Shown here piece after piece: positions 54,761-64,000 of a stretch of 64,000 bases of DNA. The notes under the pieces were generated by a model, which saw only the letters and a program-made list of their open reading frames with translations, was not told where the DNA came from and did no database searches. This DNA comes from a virus: the IMG/VR virus record IMGVR_UViG_3300050343_000214, positions 41,802 to 105,801 of that record; one strand, 5' to 3'. Both the position numbers and the translations under genes were made by a program. Each line of letters begins with the position of its first letter. Positions within the stretch are counted from its first letter, which is position 1.

Positions 54761-57082
54761 TTACTCCAAGGTTTCTGCGCATACTGGTGTTACCCCATCA
54801 TTTTTGGGGAAAGGATGACTCCAAAAGACGTTTATTGATTCTACTTGCTTAACGTCGGTAACATCGTATTTAGCTACTGGTATATTGCACAGACTAGCAT
54901 TGGAAAATATATAGCCACTGTGTATCGTCGGAGTTCTCTCAAATAGTTTGTATTCGCCAGCCTCTACGCTAGTTACAATCTCTCCTACACACTCTCCGTT
55001 GGGTGATCCATCGCTATCTAAACACTGATCTGCAAACATCGCTGGGTCGTTTTGAAAGTAGTAAGCTCTAGTAGGATCGCATCCGCAACTTTGTTTACAT
55101 GGCGAAGGAAAAGAATGATTTCTGAAATCTTGTGATATCATTTGTTCCCATACGCTTTGACCATCACCAAAGACTCCAATATCGCATCCACCATAAAAAT
55201 TATCGCCGTATTCCATACACGGCATCATGATGAAAGCTGGATTATCTAGGGGCCAATTTGGATTATCATTATAAAATAACTCTGGATGAGTTTCAAATGT
55301 ACCTTCTGGCTCTAATAGATCAATTAAAAACTCATAATGATCGCTATACTTCTGTTTCCACTCTTCAACTTCTTGATTTGTTAAAGGCTCGGGTTTGACG
55401 CAGGAAAAACCGTAGCCATTATAATGCATATTGTATCCCTCGGGACATCTTCCTTGAGGATCACTTACATTATTATTTGTTTCACACCCATACCTCGGTT
55501 CGTCTACTGCTACAATTCTATAAGTGGGACATTGTAGCACGGTTCCTTTTGAACCGTCTTCATTATAACATTGTATACTAGTAGTTTCTTCTATAAGTTT
55601 TGTACAGCCAGCAACTGGAAGTTGCTTCATAAGATCCGATGACTCTAATGCATCACAAGAACAAGGAACATCTGGAATGTCTTCATATCTACATTGATCA
55701 TCTACTGGACAATCGTCTGGACAAGTGCCGTATCTAGTCCAGCCTACATGTATTTTACCAGCAAGATCAGGACACGCAGGTTCAAGAACTGGTGGATCGC
55801 ATGGCGCTCGGGTCGTGGTTGTTGTTGGTGCGGCAGATGTTATAGGAGGAGGATTTGTTGGTTGGGAAGTAGCTAGAACCGATTTATTGTGACTGAGGAA
55901 TTCATCTGCCACATAAGTATGAGCATCATCTACTTGGATAATAACAACATCTTGTACGCCGTTGTCTTCTATTTTAGATATTGTGCGCCCTTGTAACACT
56001 TCGTCAACCACTAAGTCATACGCTGAAACCCATTGATTTTTATGATAGAACTGATGACTAGGAGAGCATGTGAAAGTACCCCCATCCTCAAAAGATAGTT
56101 TGAGAGTTTCAGATAACTTAATTCCAACGTATGTTATTTCATGCTCACCAGACTCCATAGTTATTTCATGTTGTGTTAATAATTTATCACCCACAACTAA
56201 TTCACCAGCGAGTTTTTCACTACCGTCCGACATTTGAATCGGAGTATCCACCGTGGGGCAACCGGCAATACAAAATATGTGTTTATACATGTTTGATTTG
56301 GGGGGTCATAATAAATGATGCGACGGTTCAAGGAGTCATAGCTACACCAACCACCTGACAACACAGGGGGACACGTTGTTGTGGCTGACGATGTAGTTGT
56401 AGTCGTCGTGTTGGTAGGGTCTGACAAACAGTTTTGCAGACAACCCTCGGCATCAAAAACTCCCAAGTAACCTTCGTTACATAAGCCGTTTGTCTGATTA
56501 GTAACTGATGAAAAATCGCAGGCTTCGCACTCAACTAGCACTACCATGCGCTCTGTATATATCTTAGTTCTTAAATTAGGGTCTCTATAATATATAGTAG
56601 TAGATACAAAGGCATTTTGTCCATCTATTAGAGTTTTGCCCAAGCTATTTTCGTTATCATCTAGAAAATCAGACAGAGGGAAAGTCTCTACTTTAGATTG
56701 TAGATGAGTAGCAGTCTTAATATTATCTTCTGTTGCAAAATTATCAAAGCTGTACTCTACAGTAGTTCCATTATCTATTTGGTCTGAAATATTAAAAACC
56801 ATAGTGACTTCTGCCGTATGGCTATTCAGCTTGCACTTACCATCCTGCTGAACTTTTAGTTGTTCTGGATTAGATGGAGTGTCTAGCTTAAAGGCGTTGA
56901 ACCTAAAGTCTATTTCTCATCATCGCAGTTAGTATACGGGAGAGAAGTGTCTTTACTAATAAATAAATATGTTTCACCATACTCTAGCATATCTATGCCT
57001 TGTAGACCGCCCCCTTCAACAAACGAAACTGTTGACCATTAGTTAAAAACTTAATGATCTTAGATATATTATTAGTATTCAT
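54761..57082 (-). CDS. Cys/Thr-rich protein (~770 aa) with an internal Hint (bacterial intein-like) domain; frameshifted
   Basis: ATG at 57082. Fragments join through 56197-56802 into 54761-56290. Cys-rich segments lie on both sides of the Hint domain. Confidence 0.7.
55886..56260 (-). other. Hint domain, 125 aa, no endonuclease
   Basis: Block A CPTVDTPIQMSDG..K..GELVVGD; block B TCSPSHQF; block F/G VVIIQVDDAHTYVADEFLSHN; +1 residue is Lys. Confidence 0.85.
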
Positions 57083-57093
57083 ATTATTTTACT

Positions 57094-57541
57094 TTATGGT
57101 CGAGATCTAGGGTCTTTCATTGCCTTTTTAATAGCTAGATTGACAACACAATCTGCGCCAAACTTGACAAACGGTAGTTTTCTCTTAGTGGCTTCTTCTG
57201 CTAACCAAGTTAATATTTCTTCCTTATTATCTTGACACCATTTAATTCCTTTATTATCCATCTGCGCTGCGCGTTGATTACAAGAACATGTTGGTGTGGA
57301 TTTAATGCCTACTAGACTAAACATTTTCTTAAGCTCCGCACCAGCACCATGGACTATTTGGGAATTTACTATGCTCATTATCTAAATAATATACTTCTGC
57401 TTTTATCTCTTTACCTTCCCCGGTCTTTAATTGTGCCATTTCATCTGATTTTACTACGCAGGGCAGAGTTTCTTCTACGGTATAATTTCTTTGTTTGCAT
57501 AAGTTTTCGTAAGCTTGTTTTTCCATTTTAACGATTGGCAT
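57094..57541 (-). CDS. Small phage protein with a CxC motif (one frameshift)
   Basis: 57329-57541 joins 57094-57378: 'GAGAELKKMF...GIKSTPTCSCNQRAAQMD...WC...WLAEEATKRKLPF'. RBS AGGAG. Confidence 0.6.
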
Positions 57542-57583
57542 TGTTTTCTCCTTTATTTCATCAGTTGAAGTGTCCTTATTATA

Positions 57584-60500
57584 TTACCATATTTGTTGTA
57601 AAAAACCAAATTTATTCGCCAGAACTGTAGTTTCATCCTTACGGATAAGAGTTCTCTTCGTAGCCTTCTGCAAACTGGCCTGTACATTCTTCTTCCGGCG
57701 GTGAGGGACACCGACAGTCAGCGACGGTTTGAACCGTAGCGCCTTCGCTGCCCTCATGGGTAGGCATTGAGTCCCCACAAATCTCTCGTAGCGAAGCACA
57801 AGTACTGTCACCGCAGTCTCCATCGGCACCGCTGAAAACCCACCACTCTATGACCTCTGAAACTGTACACTGTTGCTGAAGCCATTCATTAGCTACGTCA
57901 CTTATAGTTCTAGTGCCTAAACACAGATCTTCCCATAAAGAACTTGGCATTGTTTCACATGTATGCTTCGTCTCAAGGTATTCTAACTCTTTTGACAAAT
58001 CTTCAGTTATCTCATCTAAGTAATCACTAGTATCACCACAGCATTGATTGGGGATAGTTAGTAAAAGTGTCCCAAGACCAGTTACAATTAATAGAATTTC
58101 CTCCTGCGCATGTGCAGGGCGTTGGTGCTGCTGTGGTTGACGGCGGCGGGGCTGTTGGTGGTGCAGGTAAGTCAGGACATTGATCCCAACCTGTTTGACA
58201 GCCATCAGCACCATAAATTGCCTCGACAGGAAATCCATCGTCGCACACGGGTGATGCCAACGTAAAGTCTGGACATTCAGGTGGGCCGGGAATATCAGGT
58301 GTTGTTCTTGGTGGTCGTGGTCCTAACGTTGGATTTGGTGGATTAGGAAATGGTGGAAATGGACCCATAGGTGGTATCGGTGGTATCGGTGGTGCAGAAG
58401 GTAAAGGTGGTCGTGGTGGATATCTCGGAGGATTGTTTGGTGTTGGATCAGGATCTTCTGGTGTTGGATCAGGATCTTCTGGTGTTGGATCAGGATCTTC
58501 TGGTGTTGGATCAGGATCTTCTGGTGTTGGATCAGGATCTTCTGGTGTTGGATCAGGATCTTCTGGCGGTGGATCAGGATCTTCTGGACACTCATCCCAA
58601 CCAGTTGGCAGTCGTTCTCATCGAAAGTTCCTGATGGCGAAGAAATATTACCATCTTCATCTCACATTCGGGTGCTGCTCGTTAAACGCTGGACAATCAC
58701 ATGAACCCCAACCAGTTTGGCAGTCGTCCTCATCGAATTCTCCAGATGGAGAAGTGTCGTCTGGGACATTCGGGCTTTGGTTCATCAAATTCTGGACAGG
58801 GGCATTTTCCCCCAGCCTATTTGACAGTCATTATCATCTGATTCTGGTTCAGGAGAAGAAATATTACCATCTTCATCTACGCATTCGGGTGCTTCCTCGT
58901 CAAATTCTGGACAGGGGCATTTTTCCCAACCAGTTTGGCAGTCATCATCATCATAAATTCCATCTGGTGAAGATCCATCTTCGCACTCGGGTGCTGGATC
59001 TGAAAATTCTGGACATGGACATTCACCCCAACCTGTTTGGCATCCAAGCCATCATATATCGCCTTCAACGAAAACGAGATCTCCGTTGGAGGAGGGTGCG
59101 CATTCGGGTTCTGGATCGTTAAATGGCGCACAAGTGGTAGTTGAGGTAGTAGAAGAAGTAGTACACCCTGACAGACATGTATTACCACAAAGGTCTCTTA
59201 CTACTATATCATATGTCACTGTTTGTGGCAAACCGCCAAACGGCGACTCTATTAAAACCGTTTTAGTACCCATCTGTATGCCTCTTCCATGCTTAGGTGG
59301 ACACGGCGGGTACGAGTCAGCATCGCAATCGCAATCTGGTGGAGGGGGAGGACACTCACCCCAACCTGTTTGGCAGCCGTTCTCGTCCTCAGTTCCTTCC
59401 GGCGAAGAGCCGTCTGCACACTCAGGCGCTGGAACGTCAAACTCTGGACATTCGCATGGACCCCAACCCACAACGCAGTCTAAACCATCGGATCGTTCTT
59501 CACCGTCTTTCAGTGGTATAGCGCTTGTTCCTTCTGGACATTCTGGTGCGTCTGGTTCAGGAGGACAGGTTGCGGCGGCGGGTCTGTTGGTGGTGGTGTG
59601 GTATTACAAGGTTCATGACCAGTATGACACCACAAGCCGGGAGCTGTTTCCGAGGTTATTGGTCTTCCTCCACCGAGTTCGCATTGTGGGTCATCCGGTC
59701 CCGGGGACATGTTGGTGGTGCTTCCGTGGTTGTATTGCAGGAATCGTAGCCACTAACACACATTGTTCCATCGGGTCCAGTGAACCAAATGGGATCTCCT
59801 CCACCAAAAGAACAGTCGGGAGGAGGTGGTTCAGGGAGGACATTGAAAATCTGGACATCCACAACAAATATTGCCTACTTCATCTTTACTATCCTCAAAT
59901 GCTTGGCTACCATCGGGCTGTGTAACGGGATTCTGTATCGGCTCCGGCGCTCCATACAAGCACGTTCTGCCGCAAGTGCCCTCACAGCTATTGTCAGGGG
60001 GGAGGGAGAGTGGTCGTTGTTGTTGTACTACAAAGGCAGCCAGTAACATTGTCACAAGCGTCTGTAAATTCTTCTTCTACACTGAGCGGAGAGCAGTACG
60101 AAGAGCATCCATTTCTTCAACTATTATACACTCACAGTCATCTGCATTGTCGGGACAGCCACAAAAAGTATAATCAGGAAGAGAAGTGTCGCAAGGATCA
60201 GGGTTACAATCCCATCCAATAATTCCAGATGGGCAACAATCAGAGTCCGTTGAATTGCCTTCCATCCTTACGCTCATTGCATATATTGGCACTGGTTCGT
60301 TACCGTTATCACAAGGTATTTTTGGAGGACAACAATCTTCTGGCTCTTCTGGACAGTCTCCCCAGCCTGTTTGGCAGTTGTTGTCGTCGAAAGTGTCCTT
60401 CCGCGAAGAGCCGTCTGAACACTCAGGTGCTGGAACGTTAAACTCTGGACAATCACATGATGTGTAGCCAATTGTACAGCCATATATGTCTTTTATTATA

Positions 60501-61988
60501 GTGGGCAATGTTCCGTCTGAGCATGGGGGTGGAACAGCGGGAGGCGAGTCACACACCACTGGAGGTAAAGTCGTTGCGCACATCTGCCTGTCGGGATCAT
60601 AGAAAGTACCAGAAGCACATATGCAATTTTGCACAGACTTACCGTTCATAGTTAGATTTGGCCCAGATATAGATCCTAGTATATTTCATTACAAGGTCTG
60701 TGTTCAGGTGCTGACGGCCTGTCTTTACAATCGCTATAATTAACGCACTCTATAGCTAGTCCGTCTGGCCCCAACGTCAGTCCGATAGAAGTTTCTCTGT
60801 ATTGATTTTCCCCACATGGCGCTGGCTCGCTGAACAACCATTTGGCGGTTGCGTGGTTTTACATACGTATTCACCACAAGGTTTGGGAATATTAACATTA
60901 ATCGGTGGTTTAATAAAATCAACGCCGGTAAAGACAATCTAAATCAGGCAAGTATGAATAATCAACAACACACATAGTTTGGACAACCATTACTTGGTAA
61001 ATCCATCTTGATTAAGTACTTCGTATAAATCCGTACAGTTTGCCGCATTAAATTCTGCCCCTGTTGGACAAGCTGTAGTGGAAGTTGTAGTTGTACTAGT
61101 TGTTGTTGTGGTAGTGCTAGTTGTTGTGCTTGTAGTTGAAGTTGTAGTCACTGGGATACAGTTGTGTTGATCACATCCATCTTGTTGGAAAAAAGTTCCA
61201 TCTGGAGTATATCCTTCTGGACAGTCATAAGGCGGTGAACACGTTGTTGTGGTCGGAGCAGCGGTTGTAGTCGTCGTTGTGCTAGTAGTAGTTGTTGAGG
61301 TTGTTGTAGTTTGTAGTTTGTAGCAGCAGAACTACAGTCAACGAGGGACATCCAGCACCATCGTCTTCTACTTCTACCCATTGACCGCTGCCAACAGGAC
61401 ACTCAATAGTGGATGATTCCCACCACGATACATTTGAGCCAGAATCTGTAGTATCACACAGCCAGTTCCAAATTGAGTACACCCAGTTACTGGATCTACT
61501 CCAATTACCTGTGCAGAAAAATTACTAGGACAAGGCGCTGGAGTTGGGCAAGCCGTCGTAGTAGTGCTAGTAGTGGTGCTTGTCGTTGTTGTTGAAGTCG
61601 TAGTGGTTGTAGTGGCGCAACTGCCAGACCCATCATCTGCACAACACATGCCATATAGTTTACAACCAGCCTCATCAATACCAGTGACAATTCTAGTGTG
61701 ATTTGCGTCAGGGACATGGTGCAGGAGTGTTATTACAAGGGGTAACAGGGTCAGAATCTATCGGAACGCACATATATCTTGGGCATGGGTCTTCAAGATC
61801 AAAATTGCCAAAGGTGTTCAATGAGCCGGGACTGTTACTACGGTGACTAGGATATAATATTTTTTCATAGCCAGTTGGACAGGTTTCTGGTTCGCAACAC
61901 TCTCTATATACAGGACAGCCTTCAGAAGTTAGCCCTTTATACGTATATTTATTAAATGTTAATTCGTTTTCAAGGGAAGGTTCTCCAT
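57584..61988 (-). CDS. Giant Cys/Pro/Thr/acidic repeat protein (~1,460 aa), many indels
   Basis: ATG at 61988 after RBS GAGG, immediately following the peptidase stop. The Cys-rich frame runs on across fragments 61374-61649, 60077-60649, 59831-60055, 59656-59862, 59052-59471, 58033-58368 and 57639-58238. Could be more than one gene. Confidence 0.6.
58439..58585. repeat. 21-bp tandem repeat, 7 units (6 perfect + 1 variant), encoding (PEDPDPT)n on the minus strand
   Basis: GGTGTTGGATCAGGATCTTCT x6 at 58439-58564, then GGCGGTGGATCAGGATCTTCT. Confidence 0.95.
58586..59134 (-). repeat. Five tandem copies of a ~35-aa four-Cys acidic module; further copies at ~58175-58280, 59350-59460, 59460-59570, 60350-60460 and 60460-60555
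   Basis: Recurring DNA 'CCCA(A/G)CC(A/T)GTTTG(G/A)CA' (= CQTGW) and '(A/G)CA(T/C)TC(G/A)GG' (= PEC). Consensus CPxFxxxxPECxDG..D..[DG]CQTGWxxC. Confidence 0.85.
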
Positions 61989-62918
61989 TTAAAATACCTC
62001 ATCTTATAGTCCAATCTACCTTTCTAGGTGGAAAACCATCTACGTCGCTAAAAGCCCAATGCTCCATTTTGATTAAGCATTACCTCTAGCATCTTTTTCT
62101 CGTACCCAAAACTACCATCTGGTTGGTCAAATCTTTTTGGACCACTATTAAATGCTCCCCAACTAGTTTTGTATTAAGAAATAAGGTTTCATTTGTATAT
62201 TTTGTGAGAATCGTCCATAGCCACCCAGCGACATTGCGTGATTCCAAGACCCACTTTTTTTAGCTATGCCATGTTCACTACGGCGTGAGGAAAATCCATA
62301 ATTACTACAGACACTTAAAGCATACCCATTGGCAATAGCATCTCTTGCTTCTTCTACAGATTTAACCATGCTAATAGTTTTGACTTGATGTTTTTTTCCT
62401 TCTTCTTTTACTTCTCGAAGGAACTCCAGCTTCTCCCCCATCTAGTACCAACTCTACTATTATATTTAGACAAATCTACAAACCCATAATCTTTTCTAAC
62501 CAGTATGCCACCGTTTTGATGTACAAATCTAGCAGCTACAGAGCATGACATGCCTTGACCACCATGACCTCTTGATCCATAGATAGCTTCTGTAGCACCT
62601 CTTGCTACGAAATCTTCTGCGTCTGACCACCCACAATTTCGTGACATCTAGTTACATCAACAGCGTTTCTAGTAGAATGTGAAACACAATCGCCAGTAGT
62701 TTGCCGTTCGTGCGCACCAAACGTGGGATCAAACTTTTGCGCTGATTTATAAAGTAACGCAACTTTCCTTCTCCACTACCATACAGATCAGAAGCTGCTA
62801 CACCAAAAAGTGGGTGTGGCAGTTCTCCTAGTAAGTTTATCTGTATCTTCTGGATCACACCAAGATCCTACAAGGCCATTCTTGTAGGCTTTAAGTATGT
62901 CTTGGTTTTTTAAACATA
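61989..62918 (-). CDS. Papain-like (C1) cysteine peptidase, frameshifted
   Basis: Catalytic motifs in order: 'RQTTGDCVSH' (Q, C), 'SWNHAM' (H), 'LIQNSWG' (N). Start approximate. Confidence 0.78.
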
Positions 62919-62921
62919 TCA

Positions 62922-63143
62922 TTACTCCGGTACATTATTTTTAGCCCACTTAACTACAGTATTAATAACAACAGCTGCAATGGGAACAATCATAACGCCT
63001 ATATTACCAAGATCTAAGTCTGCCATGTTTTCACCAAAATACGTAAGACCAGCAGCAAGTGCTACAAGTGCTGTATTTTTAGCAATTTCAATAACATCTG
63101 TTACATTAAGAGAAAATGCTGGGGAATTTTTTTCGTCTGCCAT
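62922..63143 (-). CDS. Holin-like small membrane protein
   Basis: 73 aa with two hydrophobic helices, directly upstream of the peptidase. Confidence 0.55.
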   Translation of the reverse strand: MADEKNSPAFSLNVTDVIEIAKNTALVALAAGLTYFGENMADLDLGNIGVMIVPIAAVVINTVVKWAKNNVPE

Positions 63144-63760
63144 TATTGTGCCTCGTTTTCTTCTGTTATACTAACTAAAAAGCCGCCATGCTCTGTCGTT
63201 ATTTTATAAGGATACCCTAGTAAACTTACCTTAACTCCATTTATTAGTTCTGTCTCTTTGATAAATCTTCTGTTCATGCTTAAACAAGATTTGAACTCAG
63301 AAAGAACTCCTTCTCTATCCTTTTCTTTAAACAAGCTAATCCAATCAAATCCTTCTATCATGTAATTGGCATTTTTATTCCAACTGTTAGATGATCTTTT
63401 GGTTAGTTCTATTAAGTTTGCATTACTCCATATTAATCTTCCTTCCTTGTCATGTTTCAAACAAAGGACATGCCACTATAGTGTAATGCAGCTTTAGTTC
63501 GTTGTATTATAACTTTTTGCCTATTCTCTATTCTTTCACAACTTTCCCTCATAGATATTATAGCATCTTTGAGGCTACTTCCACCATTTGTACAAAGTTC
63601 TTTTTTTATTTCTTCTACAGATTCAACAAAAAAATCTTGATTTTTGCACAATTTCACAATAGGCTTTAGACATTTCTTCCAGAACTAACGTACAAAGACC
63701 ACCCATGCCGCTAATTCCACCAATTATAATTGCTATTATCTCTGGGTTGATATCAATCAC
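63143..63760 (-). CDS. Membrane-anchored protein with NGGSSLKD motif, coiled coil and C-terminal PAS-like domain (frameshifted)
   Basis: GTG start at 63760; TM 'IIAIIIGGISGMGG'; 'KELCTNGGSSLKD'; PAS-like 'FE.DKEGRLIWSN...EGFDWISLFKEKDREGV..EF'. Confidence 0.6.
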
Positions 63761-63803
63761 AATGTAACCTTTCTTCTATTATGTATAGTGAACTAAATAT
63801 AAG

Positions 63804-63827
63804 GCTACCCCCCACTGGAGGGGTAGC
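63804..63827 (-). terminator. Hairpin, probable terminator of the upstream minus-strand gene
   Basis: GCTACCCC-CC-ACTG-GA-GGGGTAGC stem-loop 20 nt after the stop at 63847, followed on the minus strand by CTTATATTT. Confidence 0.6.
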
Positions 63828-63846
63828 TATGATTAATATAATAGAA

Positions 63847-64000
63847 TTAAGATTCTTTGCTATTTCTAGCTTTATAGTTAGCCCTTTCAGGTGCGTCAGC
63901 GCCAAACATGAACGTCAGTTCACCCGGAATTGACAAGCTTGGTCGTCCAGCATCTGAAGATGTTGCTGCTGTAGATCCGTCAGTAATTACTACAAGATCC
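63847..64000 (-). CDS. 3' end of a gene running off the window
   Basis: Open frame ...DAGRPSLSIPGELTFMFGADAPERANYKARNSKES*, followed by a hairpin. Confidence 0.5.
   Translation of the reverse strand, partial: DLVVITDGSTAATSSDAGRPSLSIPGELTFMFGADAPERANYKARNSKES

Noticed and set aside
58439-58585. CRISPR array
   Set aside because: The units are head-to-tail with no spacers, 21 bp long (a codon multiple) and inside a coding frame.
58323-60467. Plus-strand ORFs (GVGSGSS and VLDQDLL repeats; 58433-59122, 59086-59925) and the minus-strand QKILIQH frame
   Set aside because: These are shadow frames of the repetitive Cys/Pro-rich minus-strand gene, which carries the conserved module and matches operon direction.
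4002-63760. Stop-codon reassignment or programmed frameshifting as the cause of fragmented ORFs
   Set aside because: The breaks are frame changes, mostly single extra bases, not in-frame stops of one type. They hit essential genes (dnaB, nrdJ, dut) at arbitrary positions with no common slippery site, and TAA, TAG and TGA all end intact genes. Sequencing error is the simplest explanation.
1-64000. Eukaryotic or giant-virus origin suggested by integrin-, mucin- and antistasin-like sequences
   Set aside because: Shine-Dalgarno sites, overlapping stop/start codons, DnaE/DnaB/DnaG/SSB, a holin-like gene and rho-independent terminators indicate a bacteriophage.
1-64000. tRNA, rRNA or other structured ncRNA genes
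   Set aside because: Intergenic gaps are almost all under 90 nt and no cloverleaf or T-loop consensus was recognised by eye. A tRNAscan-SE/Infernal run would be needed to exclude them formally.

Overview
A 64-kb segment of a large, AT-rich tailed dsDNA phage genome. It looks like an imperfectly polished long-read assembly: dozens of single-base indels break otherwise intact genes, so many ORF-track fragments are joined here. Two convergent arms meet at a hairpin terminator at ~22.1 kb. The + arm (1-22087) encodes very large virion/tail proteins, including a ~2,490-aa protein with seven FG-GAP (integrin-alpha-like) repeats. The - arm, read from 64 kb down, has three parts. (i) A TM+PAS protein, a holin-like protein and a papain-like peptidase. 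(ii) A ~9-kb block of Cys/Pro/Thr-rich repeat proteins, one with an internal Hint domain, plus Mtd-N/LamG fibre genes and small membrane proteins. (iii) A replication and nucleotide-metabolism operon (nrdJ, dut, phoH, recA-like, dnaB, primase, dNMP kinase, Cas4-like nuclease, ssb, Rad52-like annealing protein) interleaved with about 10 glycosyl-, methyl- and nucleotidyl-transferase-like genes. The strongest finding is DNA polymerase III alpha (DnaE) split without an intein at the palm/fingers boundary into two genes 2 kb apart, with a DEDDh exonuclease and two sugar-modifying genes between the halves. The second is the protease / Cys-repeat protein / CxC protein / Hint-domain protein cluster. 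All family calls come from motif reading by eye; no database searches were run. No tRNA, rRNA, CRISPR array, integrase or reverse transcriptase was recognised.
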